Positions 1 through 10,559 are shown, numbered from the stretch's first letter. The stretch: 64,000 bases of DNA from Candidatus Binatia bacterium (GCA_036009625.1 DASYLJ010000090.1:4590-68589), one strand, 5' to 3'. Notes: generated from the letters alone by a model not told the origin. Numbers and translations are program-made.

Positions 1-303
1 AATGAGCGGCATGGAGACCACCCGCTCGCCCGGCTTGGCGTTGCCGCCGGTGTCGGGACCGTAGTCGATGACCTCGGCGCAGAACTCGTGGCCCATCACG
101 ACGTCGCGCGACGGGTCGAGGCCGAAGGGCGCGTCGCTCTCGCGCGCCGCCTCGACCATCTTGTCGGCATGCACCAGCGCGTGCAGGTCGGAGCCGCAGA
201 TACCGCAGGCGAGCGTCTTCACCAGCACCTCGCCCGGGCCCGGCTCCGGATCGGGAAGCGTGTCGACGACGAGCGTCTTGTTCCGCATGACGGCAGCGCG
301 CAT
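1..303 (-). CDS. Zn-dependent alcohol dehydrogenase (MDR) family protein, N-terminal part; the 3' end lies beyond the window
   Basis: My reverse translation from the ATG at 303..301 gives MRAAVMRNKTLVVDTLPDPEPGPGEVLVKTLACGICGSDLHALVH...VVMGHEFCAEVIDYG. The GxCGSDLH and GHE motifs are present. It is missing from the ORF track because it runs off the window edge. Confidence 0.8.
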   Translation of the reverse strand, partial: MRAAVMRNKTLVVDTLPDPEPGPGEVLVKTLACGICGSDLHALVHADKMVEAARESDAPFGLDPSRDVVMGHEFCAEVIDYGPDTGGNAKPGERVVSMPLI

Positions 304-348
304 GGGGCTCCTTCTCCCGCACCTCGTGCCGTGGCACAAGTTGCCCCC

Positions 349-1212
349 ATGCAGGACGCGGTGGATCGGCTGGTCGAGCTTCTGGACCTCGAAGAGCTCG
401 AGGTGAACATCTTCCGTGGCCGCAGTCCACAGGAGAACCGCCAGCGCGTCTTCGGCGGCCAGGTCGCCGGCCAGGCCCTGGTCGCCGCGGGTCGCACCGT
501 CGAGCGCGGCATCGTGCACTCGCTGCACGCCTACTTCCTTCGTCCCGGCGATCCGGCGAAGCCGATCCTCTACGAGGTCGACCGCATCCGCGACGGCCGC
601 ACCTTCACCACCCGTCGCGTCGTCGCCATCCAGCACGGGCGCGCCATCTTCAACCTCGCGGCCTCGTTCCAGCCCGAAGAGAAGGGCCCCGAGCACCAGA
701 TGGCGATGCCGGACGTCGCCGATCCCGATTCGCTGCCGTCGAGCAGCGAGCGCCTCGAGAAGGTGAAGGACTCGCTGCCGAAGGAAGCGCTCGAGTGGCT
801 GACACGCGACCGCCCGATCGAGGTGCGCCCCGTCATGGGCGGCAACCCGTTCAAGCCGACGAAGCGTCCGCCGCGACAGATGGTGTGGATCCGCGCCAAC
901 GGCACGCTGCCCGATCCGTTCCTGCTGCACCAGTGCGTCGTCGTGTACGCCTCCGACCTGACGCTGCTCGATACCGCGACGCTGCCGCACGCGATCGCAT
1001 GGAACGACCCGAGCTACGTCATGGCGAGCCTCGACCACGCGATGTGGTTCCACCGCCCGTTCCGCGCCGACGAGTGGCTGCTCTACGTACAGGACAGCCC
1101 GAGCGCATCCGGCGCGCGCGGCTTCACCATGGGTCAGCTCTTCACGCGCAACGGCATCCTCGTCGCAAGCGTGGCGCAGGAAGGGCTCATCCGCCCCGTC
1201 GGCAAGCACTGA
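349..1212 (+). CDS. tesB: acyl-CoA thioesterase II
   Basis: Internal ATG at 349 of ORF 88..1212. MQDAVDRLVELLDLEELEVNIFRGRSP...RVFGGQVAGQAL...DGRTFTTRRV is typical TesB double hot-dog sequence. At 287 aa it matches TesB length. Confidence 0.85.
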   Translation: MQDAVDRLVELLDLEELEVNIFRGRSPQENRQRVFGGQVAGQALVAAGRTVERGIVHSLHAYFLRPGDPAKPILYEVDRIRDGRTFTTRRVVAIQHGRAIFNLAASFQPEEKGPEHQMAMPDVADPDSLPSSSERLEKVKDSLPKEALEWLTRDRPIEVRPVMGGNPFKPTKRPPRQMVWIRANGTLPDPFLLHQCVVVYASDLTLLDTATLPHAIAWNDPSYVMASLDHAMWFHRPFRADEWLLYVQDSPSASGARGFTMGQLFTRNGILVASVAQEGLIRPVGKH

Positions 1213-1386
1213 TCGGCGCATCCGTTCGCGCATCGCGCGACCCGCACTGGATACCGTCACGATTCCGACGCCCGGCATGCACCGTGCTTCGGCACGGACC
1301 ATGCGGGCCTCGGGTGACACCATTCATGACCGCGCCACGCACCACCGCGTCGGCGCGGTGGCGCACCGTCGTGCGGGTGACGCCGC

Positions 1387-2730
1387 ATGAGCACGCGATT
1401 CGAGCGCGACGCCGACATCCGGCGCGTCCTCGTGCAGCGCATTCGCGCCGGCCTGTGGCTCCTGCTGCTGGCGATCGCTCTCTTCGTCGCCGCCTATGTG
1501 CCCGACGGACACGTCGCGAGCCGCGCCATCCTAACCGTCAAGGCGGTGCAGCTCGCCACCATCCTGGCAGCGTTCGCCCTGCTGCGCGGTCGCGTCACCT
1601 GGAACAGCGCGGTCGCCGTCGCGCTCGTCGTCCTGACCGAGGTGTGTGCCACCACGGCCGTCTCCGGCGTGCTGACCGCCGAGGTCAGCTCGATCTTCCT
1701 GCTGTTCACGGTGCTCACCCTGGCGACGGCGACGCTGCTGCCGTGGGGCGTCGTACCGCAGATCGCGACGGTGCTCGCCGCTGGGCTCTCGCTCGTCGGC
1801 AACGTCGCCGGCGCACCGGCACCGCCGGGCGGACTCGCCTCCCCCACCGTCGCGGTGCTGCTCGCGTTCGCGACGTCGATCTACATTGCGCACGCGTTCG
1901 AGCAGCATCGTCGCGCACGGGCGCGTGCCGAGCGTGATCTGCGCGTCAGCGAGGCGCGCAAGGCCGCCATCATCGAGTCGGCCCTCGACGCCATCATCAC
2001 CGTCGACGCCGGCGGCCGCATCGTCGAGTACAACCCGGCCGCGGAGCGCATGTTCGGTCACCCGCGCGCGAACGTGCTCGGCCGCGCCCTCGTCGACGTG
2101 CTGACGCCGTCCGGGGACGGCGCCGACCAGCGCAACGAGCTGACGCATCACCTCACGGCCGGCGCCGGCGCCGCGCTCGGACGTCGCATCGAGACCACGG
2201 CGCGTCGCGCCGACGGCGGCACGCTCCCCGTCGAGCTGGCGCTCCTCGCGATCGAGCGCGACGACGGCGCGCTCCGCACCGGGTTCGTGCACGACCTCAC
2301 CGAGCGCAACCTGGCGGCCGAGGCGCGCACGGCGTCGACGCTGGCGCGCGTCGGACGCGAGATGCTGTCGTCGCTCGACAGCGCACTCCTATTCGAGCGC
2401 CTCGGTTTGCTCACCACGGAGCTCCTCGGCGGTACGCGCAGCGCGACACTCGTGCTCGACACCGCGGCGCGGTCGTACATCGGTGGCGGCATCGCTCCGG
2501 TACCCGCCGCCGAGCTGTCGGCCGTCGTGCAGCGCGCCGCGCGCGACGCGGTAGCGGTGCTCGATCCGGCGGTCGCGACGCGGCTGCTCGGACCCGCCGT
2601 CGGGCCGACGATCGCCATCGCCCTGCACGAGGACGGCGAGCTCGTCGCACTCCACCTCACCACGCGCGACATCGAGGCCGATCCCTTCACTCCGAGCAGG
2701 AGCACATCGCCCACGGCATCGCGCAGGTAG
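1387..2730 (+). CDS. sensor histidine kinase, N-terminal portion (membrane region, PAS, GAF), interrupted by a frameshift
   Basis: Several hydrophobic helices come first. These are followed by a PAS-like region (IIESALDAIITVDAGGRIVEYNPAAERMFG) and a GAF-like region. The ORF ends at the TAG at 2728-2730, inside what reads as the last GAF helix. Confidence 0.7.
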   Translation: MSTRFERDADIRRVLVQRIRAGLWLLLLAIALFVAAYVPDGHVASRAILTVKAVQLATILAAFALLRGRVTWNSAVAVALVVLTEVCATTAVSGVLTAEVSSIFLLFTVLTLATATLLPWGVVPQIATVLAAGLSLVGNVAGAPAPPGGLASPTVAVLLAFATSIYIAHAFEQHRRARARAERDLRVSEARKAAIIESALDAIITVDAGGRIVEYNPAAERMFGHPRANVLGRALVDVLTPSGDGADQRNELTHHLTAGAGAALGRRIETTARRADGGTLPVELALLAIERDDGALRTGFVHDLTERNLAAEARTASTLARVGREMLSSLDSALLFERLGLLTTELLGGTRSATLVLDTAARSYIGGGIAPVPAAELSAVVQRAARDAVAVLDPAVATRLLGPAVGPTIAIALHEDGELVALHLTTRDIEADPFTPSRSTSPTASRR

Positions 2731-2735
2731 CCTCG

Positions 2736-3488
2736 ATGGCGCTCACGAATGCGCGGCTGGTCGAAGAGATCCGTCGCGCCAGCCAGGTGAAGTCGGAGTT
2801 CCTCTCGACGATGTCGCACGAGCTGCGCACACCGCTCAACGCCGTGCTGGGCTACGCCGACATGGCGGGCGACCCCGACGCCTCGCTCGACGACCGCACC
2901 GGCTACCTGGCGCAGATCCGGCGCGCCGGCGCGCGACTCCTCGAGCTGGTCGAGCACACGCTCGAGATCGGCCGCATCGAGAGCGGGCACGGCGAGCCCG
3001 ATCTCGAGCGCGTCTGGCTACCGGATCTGTGGGCGACGCTGCGCCAGACCCACACCCGGCTCCACCTCGGCGGCCCCGTCGCCCTCGATTGGGCCGCGAC
3101 GGCGCCCGACGTCACGCTCCGCACCGACGCGCGCAAGCTGACGGTGGCCATCCGCCACCTGGTCGACAACGCGCTCAAGTTCACCGACGCCGGCCGCGTG
3201 CGCGTGACGGCCACGGCCGACGACGCGTCGGTGGCGGTCACGGTGCAGGACACCGGCGCCGGCATCCGCGCCGAGGACCACGCGCTGATCTTCGAGATGT
3301 TTCGTCAGGCCGACGGCTCGGAGACGCGTCGTCACGGCGGCACCGGCCTCGGGCTCTACCTGGTGCGCCGCTTCGTGCACCAGCTCGGCGGCACCGTCGA
3401 GCTCGACAGCGCGCCCGGGCGCGGCTCGTGCTTCACGCTCCGTCTGCCGCGCACGCACACGCTGCGACTCGCCCGCCGCGCGGCGTAG
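2736..3488 (+). CDS. sensor histidine kinase, C-terminal portion (HisKA + HATPase_c)
   Basis: H-box SEFLSTMSHELRTPLNAVLGY. ATPase N/G boxes are present (DNALKFT, DTGAGI, GGTGLGLYLV). The same frame stays open upstream to at least 2640 and reads SEQEHIAHGIAQVASMALTNARL from 2691. Confidence 0.75.
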   Translation: MALTNARLVEEIRRASQVKSEFLSTMSHELRTPLNAVLGYADMAGDPDASLDDRTGYLAQIRRAGARLLELVEHTLEIGRIESGHGEPDLERVWLPDLWATLRQTHTRLHLGGPVALDWAATAPDVTLRTDARKLTVAIRHLVDNALKFTDAGRVRVTATADDASVAVTVQDTGAGIRAEDHALIFEMFRQADGSETRRHGGTGLGLYLVRRFVHQLGGTVELDSAPGRGSCFTLRLPRTHTLRLARRAA

Positions 3489-3491
3489 CGA

Positions 3492-3938
3492 CTAGGCCGC
3501 CAGCGCCTTCGCCGCCGTGATGAACTTCGCGCACGCCTCGGCGCACGCCTTGCACGGCGGATGCTGCTCGTGCTTGCGGCACTGCGCCTCGCAGTCGATG
3601 CAGATCTGCTGGCACGCGGCGACGAACGCCTTCAGGTGCGGCGAGTCGTAGTGCGCCAGACGTCCGACGGCCGTGCACGCCGGCAGCATCTGCTGCACGC
3701 TGCTGGCGCATTCGGCGAGCGACGTGTCGCCGGCGCGGAAGCTGGCCATGCAGTGGGCGATGCAGGCCTCGCCGGCCTGCTCGCACGCAGCCGCGGCGTC
3801 GACGATCGCCTGCACGGCGGGCGACAGCGGCGACGCATGCGCAGCGTGATCGGCCGCGTAGGCCAGCCCGGGACCCGACGCCACCAGCATCGCGCCCATC
3901 CCCGTCAGCACGTCCCGTCGCTTGATCTCCACGTCCAT
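3492..3938 (-). CDS. Tat-exported four-helix-bundle cysteine-rich copper-binding protein (DUF326 / Csp-like)
   Basis: Twin-arginine signal (MDVEIKRRDVLTGMGAMLVASGPGLAYA). The mature part of about 115 aa has 12 Cys in helical CxxxC / CxxC spacing (ACEQAGEACIAHC, AACQQICIDCEAQC, PPCKACAEAC). Confidence 0.7.
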   Translation of the reverse strand: MDVEIKRRDVLTGMGAMLVASGPGLAYAADHAAHASPLSPAVQAIVDAAAACEQAGEACIAHCMASFRAGDTSLAECASSVQQMLPACTAVGRLAHYDSPHLKAFVAACQQICIDCEAQCRKHEQHPPCKACAEACAKFITAAKALAA

Positions 3939-3972
3939 GTGTCGAGCCCTCCTGCGCGGATGGCTAGCACGG

Positions 3973-4767
3973 TCAGATATGGAAGTGCGAGCGGATGAGC
4001 CGCAGCGCCACCGACTCCGGCAGCAGACGGCGCGCGAGCGGCACGAGCCACGACGCCGGTCCGACGGGATACCGCATGCGGGGCCGCCGGGCGGTGAGCG
4101 CAGTGAAGATCGTGCGCGCCACGATCTCCGGCCCGGGCGCTACCAGGAGCTCCTCGCGGATCACCGTCTCGCAACGCTGGATGCGCTCGCCGTACGCCGA
4201 CGATCCGGCATCGCCCCAGTCGGTGGCGTCGTTGAAGGCGGTCTTGATGTCGCCGGGCTCGATCAGCGCCACCTCGACGCCGGTCGTCGCCAGCTCGAGA
4301 CGCAGCCCCACCGCCAGCGCGTCGACAGCGGCCTTCGTCGCCGAGTAGTGCACCTGGAACGGGATGGTGGCGCGACCCGCGAGCGAGCCGACGATCACGA
4401 TCCGCCCCTGCCCGCGCGCCCGCATCGACGGCAGGACGGCGCGCACCGGCACCAGCGTTCCGAAGACGTTGGTCTCGAACTGCGCGCGGGCGCGATCGAG
4501 CCCGGTCTCCTCGACGCTGCCGAAGATGCCGATGCCGGCGTTGCAGACGAGCGCGTCGATGGCGCCGTCCTCGGCGACGATGGTGCGCACGCCGTCCGCC
4601 ACCGACGCCTCGTCGCGCACGTCCATCGCGAGCCAGCGCACCGGGCCCGGCGCCGGTGGCGGACGGCGGCTGGTACCCCAGACGCGGAATCCCTCGGCGG
4701 CGAGCAGCGTCGCGGTGGCGGCGCCGATGCCGGACGAGGCGCCGGTGACGAGGACGGTTCGCGACAT
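3973..4767 (-). CDS. SDR family oxidoreductase
   Basis: TGASSGIG cofactor motif, NAG motif and YSATK catalytic motif. Confidence 0.85.
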   Translation of the reverse strand: MSRTVLVTGASSGIGAATATLLAAEGFRVWGTSRRPPPAPGPVRWLAMDVRDEASVADGVRTIVAEDGAIDALVCNAGIGIFGSVEETGLDRARAQFETNVFGTLVPVRAVLPSMRARGQGRIVIVGSLAGRATIPFQVHYSATKAAVDALAVGLRLELATTGVEVALIEPGDIKTAFNDATDWGDAGSSAYGERIQRCETVIREELLVAPGPEIVARTIFTALTARRPRMRYPVGPASWLVPLARRLLPESVALRLIRSHFHI

Positions 4768-4830
4768 GCAGTCGTGTTAGCGCACCGTCGCCACTTGCGA
4801 CCACCGCGCGGCCTGGGCTACCTGGCCCCG

Positions 4831-5379
4831 ATGGCTCGCCTTCCCTACGTCGACCCCGCCACCGCGCCCGAAGCGGTCCGCAGCACGCTCGAGAAGCTGC
4901 CCGTGCAGCTCAACATCTTCCGCATGATGGCGCACGCGGAGACCGACTTCCGACCGCTCATCCAGCTCGGCACCGCCATCCTGTCGCAGCAGGCGTTGTC
5001 GCCGAAGCTGCGCGAGCTGGCGATCCTCCGCGTCGGCCAGCAGTCGCCGGCGGAATACGAGTGGGTACAGCACGTGCCGATCGCGCTGGCCACCGGCGCG
5101 ACGCAGGCGCAGGTCGACGCGCTGAAGGCGGGCTCGATCGACGGCCCCGCGTTCGACGAGGTCGAGCGCGCCGTGCTGGCGTTCGTCACCGACGTGCTGC
5201 GCAACGTGAAGGCGTCGGACGCCACGTTCGCCGAGGTGGGCCGCTTCCTCTCGCACCGCGAGATCGTCGAGCTGGTCGTGACGACGGGCTACTACATGCT
5301 GATCGCCAGACTGCTCGAAACCACCGCGGTCGACCTCGACCGTCCCATGGGCACCCGCATCGTCGATTCACTCACGTGA
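4831..5379 (+). CDS. carboxymuconolactone decarboxylase (AhpD-like) family protein
   Basis: Internal ATG at 4831 of the long ORF 3922..5379. MARLPYVDPATAPE...LRELAILRVGQQSPAEYEWVQH is typical CMD-domain sequence. The upstream part of that ORF is antisense to the SDR gene. Confidence 0.7.
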   Translation: MARLPYVDPATAPEAVRSTLEKLPVQLNIFRMMAHAETDFRPLIQLGTAILSQQALSPKLRELAILRVGQQSPAEYEWVQHVPIALATGATQAQVDALKAGSIDGPAFDEVERAVLAFVTDVLRNVKASDATFAEVGRFLSHREIVELVVTTGYYMLIARLLETTAVDLDRPMGTRIVDSLT

Positions 5380-6230
5380 ACGCCCGCTCCCGCTTCGTCA
5401 CCGTCAACCGCCTGCGCCACCACCTGCTCGAGTGGGGCGAGGGCCCGCGCACGGTCCTCCTGCTGCACGGCTTCCTCGAGCACGCCCACGCCTGGGACCT
5501 GGTCGCGCCACGCCTCGCCGCCGCCGGCCTGCACGTCTTCGCGCTGGATTGGCGCGGCCACGGCGATTCGGAATGGGTCGGCGCGGGCGGCTACTACCAC
5601 TTCTCCGACTACGTCTCCGATCTGGCCTTCCTGATCCGGCATCTCGGCGAGCGCGCGGCGATCGTCGGACACTCCATGGGCTCGACGGCGGCGATGCTCT
5701 ACGCCGGCACCGAGCCCGAGCGCGTCACCGCGCTGGCCCTCATCGACGGCCTCGGCCCACCCGACGCCAGCGCACCCGATCCCGTCCCCGTGCGCTACCA
5801 GACCTGGATCGAGCAGCTCGAGAAGAACGCCGAGCGCGATCCGAAGCCGATGACGCTGGAGGACGCCAAGTCGCGGCTGCGCGATCGCTTCCCGCGCTTC
5901 TCGCCGAACGTCGCGCGCCTCATGGCCGAGCACGGCACGCGTGCACGCAGCGGCTTCCGGGTGTGGAAGTTCGATCCGCTGCACCAGACCACCGCGCCGG
6001 TGCCGTTCGTGCGCGCGCAGGCACTGGCGTTCTGCCGTCGCATCACCTGCCCGACGCTCTACGTCGAGGGCGCCGAGAGCCTGCTGCGACTCGAGCCCGA
6101 CGACATCGCCGAGCGCCTCGCGACGCTGCGGGCGGAGCGGGTCAGCGTGCCCGGGTCGGGGCATCATCCACACCTGGAGCAGCCCGAGGCGCTGGTGGAT
6201 ATCCTCTCCACCTTCCTGGCCGATATCTGA
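5376..6230 (+). CDS. alpha/beta hydrolase
   Basis: The in-frame GTG at 5376 overlaps the preceding TGA (GTGA). Motifs: LLLHGF, nucleophile elbow GHSMGS, and a C-terminal GHHPHLEQP. Confidence 0.8.
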   Translation: MNARSRFVTVNRLRHHLLEWGEGPRTVLLLHGFLEHAHAWDLVAPRLAAAGLHVFALDWRGHGDSEWVGAGGYYHFSDYVSDLAFLIRHLGERAAIVGHSMGSTAAMLYAGTEPERVTALALIDGLGPPDASAPDPVPVRYQTWIEQLEKNAERDPKPMTLEDAKSRLRDRFPRFSPNVARLMAEHGTRARSGFRVWKFDPLHQTTAPVPFVRAQALAFCRRITCPTLYVEGAESLLRLEPDDIAERLATLRAERVSVPGSGHHPHLEQPEALVDILSTFLADI

Positions 6231-6246
6231 CGACGGAGGTCTCACC

Positions 6247-7866
<1,620 letters not shown>

Positions 7867-7870
7867 CGCG

Positions 7871-9361
7871 TCAGGGGAGCGCGAAGGTGCCGTCGGGCGA
7901 CACCGCGACGACGCTGCCGACGAACTCGCGCTCCATCATGTCCGCGAGCAGGGCATGGTCGTCGCTGCGCGCGACGGTGCGCTCGCCGGCGGGCGTGTCG
8001 CAGATGACGACGCCGTGGGAGAGCTGCCCCTTCTGGAACACCACGGTGTAGCCGGCGATCGTCGCCGGGCCGACGTAGTCGCCGTTCAGCGGTACCGGCA
8101 CGTCGCGCGCCGCGACCGTGGCCGTGACGTCCTCATAGGCGAAGCCATTCGGGTTCGGCTGGTTCGACAGCAGCACGCACGCCTGCTTGCCGAAGATGGC
8201 GCTCAGGTTCGAGACCAGGCCGAGCCGTCGCTCGTCGGGTGCGCCGGGACGCAGCACCTCGACCATGCGCGCGATGCCTTCGAGGCTGAAGGAGTTGAAT
8301 GGCCCACCCGCGAGCGCCATCCCGCCCGTCACCGTCTGCGGGCAGTCCGCCGGGATGCGTAGATCGAGGGCCCACGACCGCAGCGCCGCCGGGAAGCAGC
8401 TGTAGAGCTCGGCCGCCGTGAGGTCCTTCGGGGTGGCGCCCGCGAGCGCGAAGGCGCGCTCGCCCGCCATGGCCGAGCCGGGATGGCTCTCCATATGGCG
8501 TTGCTGTGCCAGCACGACGACGTGCCGTGACTCGACCGCCGCCACCGGGAACATCCACTGCGTGCGCGGCACGCCGAGCTGCTCCGCCTTGCGCGCCGAG
8601 CACACCAGGATCGCGACGGCGCGATTGATGTTCCACTGGCTGCAGTGACGCGTGGTGTACGGGAACGCCTGCATCGCATTCCCCGGCCCCGGATCGCGGA
8701 ACGCCGACGCGGGGAGAACGGTCTGCGACCACGCGTGCGGGTTCGCCGCCGCCACCTCGCTGAATCCCGCGTAGAGCCGGGCGAGCTCATCCCGATGCGC
8801 CGGGATCGACAGCCCCTCGCGGTGGCGCAGCGCCGACTCGATGACGGCGAAGAGCGCGATCGGCGACTGCAATCCGCGCTGGTTCTCGAGATCGGAGCAC
8901 GCCGGGTCGGCGGACACGTGACGCACGTCCGGCTGCTGGGACGCGTCCTGTTCGGTGTCGGGCACCGGCGTCTGCGTCAGGCTGCCGCGCAGCGCGCGGT
9001 ATTTGGCCTCGCCGCCGGTGACGAGACCGACCTCCTGCTCGCCGGCGGCGATCGCACGGCACAGGTCGTCGAGCGGCGTCATCTGCAGGACGCCGAGTCC
9101 CGCGACGGTGCGATGGGCCGTGGGACAGCCCAGAGCCTCTGCGATCAGGCGGCCGGGATCGGGATAGATCCAGATGCCCTGCGTGACGGCGATCGATTCG
9201 ATCTGCGCAAGCAGCGCACGCGAGCCGGCGTCGTCGGCCGCCGCCTGCGCCGCCTCGACCATCAGCTGGTAGGCCTCAGGGCACTGCGTGGGGTCGTCGG
9301 ATCGTTCCTGCCTGAAACCGACGCCGACGATGACCGGCGTGGTGGGTGCGATCGTCGTCAT
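7871..9361 (-). CDS. thiolase-like protein (SCP-x/Ltp type) with a C-terminal OB-fold-like extension
   Basis: ATG at 9361 (MTTIAPTTPVIVGVG). The fold reads as thiolase-like. I see no Cys at the expected nucleophile position (AGLGVLQMTPLDDLCRAI). The C-terminal ~70 aa (YVGPATIAGYTVVFQKGQLSHGVVICDTPAGERTVARS) resembles a DUF35 OB fold. Confidence 0.6.
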   Translation of the reverse strand: MTTIAPTTPVIVGVGFRQERSDDPTQCPEAYQLMVEAAQAAADDAGSRALLAQIESIAVTQGIWIYPDPGRLIAEALGCPTAHRTVAGLGVLQMTPLDDLCRAIAAGEQEVGLVTGGEAKYRALRGSLTQTPVPDTEQDASQQPDVRHVSADPACSDLENQRGLQSPIALFAVIESALRHREGLSIPAHRDELARLYAGFSEVAAANPHAWSQTVLPASAFRDPGPGNAMQAFPYTTRHCSQWNINRAVAILVCSARKAEQLGVPRTQWMFPVAAVESRHVVVLAQQRHMESHPGSAMAGERAFALAGATPKDLTAAELYSCFPAALRSWALDLRIPADCPQTVTGGMALAGGPFNSFSLEGIARMVEVLRPGAPDERRLGLVSNLSAIFGKQACVLLSNQPNPNGFAYEDVTATVAARDVPVPLNGDYVGPATIAGYTVVFQKGQLSHGVVICDTPAGERTVARSDDHALLADMMEREFVGSVVAVSPDGTFALP

Positions 9362-10155
9362 TCGCCCGTGTAGACCGGCTTCCGCTTCTCTTTGAACGCG
9401 GTCATGCCCTCGCCCGCGTCGCGGGTGCCGAAGACGGGGCTTCCCACTTCGAGCTCGCGCGCCAGGCCGTCGGCCTCGCTGACGCTCTCGTCCACCTCGC
9501 GCAGCATCTGCATGAGCGCGCGGATCGAGAGCGGGCCGTTGTCGCAGATGTCGGCGGCGATCTTCCTCGCCTCGGCGAGGGCCTGGCCCTTGGGCACCAG
9601 TCGGCCGACGAGCCCGAAGCGCAGCGCCTCCGCCGCCGTCACGTGACGACCGGTGAGCAGGATCTCCGCCGCGAGCGTGTAGGGGATCTGGCGACGCAGC
9701 CGCACCGACGAGCCGCCGAGCGGGAAGAGCCCGCGCCGCGCCTCGGTGACGCCGAACACGGCGTCCTCGGCCGCGACCCGGACATCGGTGCCCTGGAGGA
9801 TCTCGGTTCCACCCGCGACGGCATAGCCCTCGATCGCGGCGACGATCGGCTTCATCGGCCGGTTGTGGCGCAGCAGCGCCTGCCAGTGGATGTCGGGCAC
9901 CTCCGACATGAGCTGCATGAACTCGTCGTCGGTCTCGCCGGCGCCCATCGACTTGAGGTCGGCGCCGGCGCAGAAGACGTCGCCCTTGCCGGTGAGGATC
10001 GCGACGCGCAGCTCCGGATCGTCGTCGAGCATGCGCCAGGCGCGATACATGCCGGCCAGCATGCCGCTGCTGAGCGCGTTCTTCGCCTCGGGACGATTCA
10101 GGGTGACGACGAGGACGTGGCCCTCGCGTTCGAGCAGACAGTGATCGGTGTTCAT
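9358..10155 (-). CDS. enoyl-CoA hydratase/isomerase (crotonase) family protein
   Basis: LNRPEAKNAL, FCAGADLK and the GGTEIL-type oxyanion-hole region. Its stop overlaps the downstream start (ATGA at 9358-9361). Confidence 0.85.
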   Translation of the reverse strand: MNTDHCLLEREGHVLVVTLNRPEAKNALSSGMLAGMYRAWRMLDDDPELRVAILTGKGDVFCAGADLKSMGAGETDDEFMQLMSEVPDIHWQALLRHNRPMKPIVAAIEGYAVAGGTEILQGTDVRVAAEDAVFGVTEARRGLFPLGGSSVRLRRQIPYTLAAEILLTGRHVTAAEALRFGLVGRLVPKGQALAEARKIAADICDNGPLSIRALMQMLREVDESVSEADGLARELEVGSPVFGTRDAGEGMTAFKEKRKPVYTGE

Positions 10156-10559
10156 ACGAGCTCCAGATCGCTTTCGCTGACGACGCGACGGTAGTAGCAG
10201 CCGGCGCGCGTCGCACCGCTGGCGTCCTTCGTATGGCAGGCGCCGCCCTTCCGCGGCGTCACGCGATAGAGCAGCGAGTTCTGCTCGCAGTTGACGCGCA
10301 CCTCGACCAGGTCGAGGACGTCACCCGAGCCGTCGCCCTTGCGCCACAGCTCGTTGCGCGACGTCGACCACAGCACGGCGCGCTGCGTGCGCAGCGTCTC
10401 GCGCAACGCCTCGGCGTTGGCGTAGGCGACGTAGAGCACGTCGCCCGTGCCCGCGTGCTGGAGGACGACGGGCACCACGTGCTGGTCGCGCGCGGCGATC
10501 TTCTGCAGCTTGTCGAAGTCGAGCGTGAGGGCGGTGCCTTCTTCCAGGGCGGCGTTCAT
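10152..10559 (-). CDS. phosphoribosyl-AMP cyclohydrolase (HisI)-like protein, divergent
   Basis: HisI-like core: VPVVLQHAGTGDVLYVAYANAEAL...WSTSRNELWRKGDGSGDVLDLVEVRVNCEQNSLLYRV...ACHTK. The DCDxD segment reads NCEQN. It overlaps the crotonase start by ATGA. Confidence 0.55.
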   Translation of the reverse strand: MNAALEEGTALTLDFDKLQKIAARDQHVVPVVLQHAGTGDVLYVAYANAEALRETLRTQRAVLWSTSRNELWRKGDGSGDVLDLVEVRVNCEQNSLLYRVTPRKGGACHTKDASGATRAGCYYRRVVSESDLELV

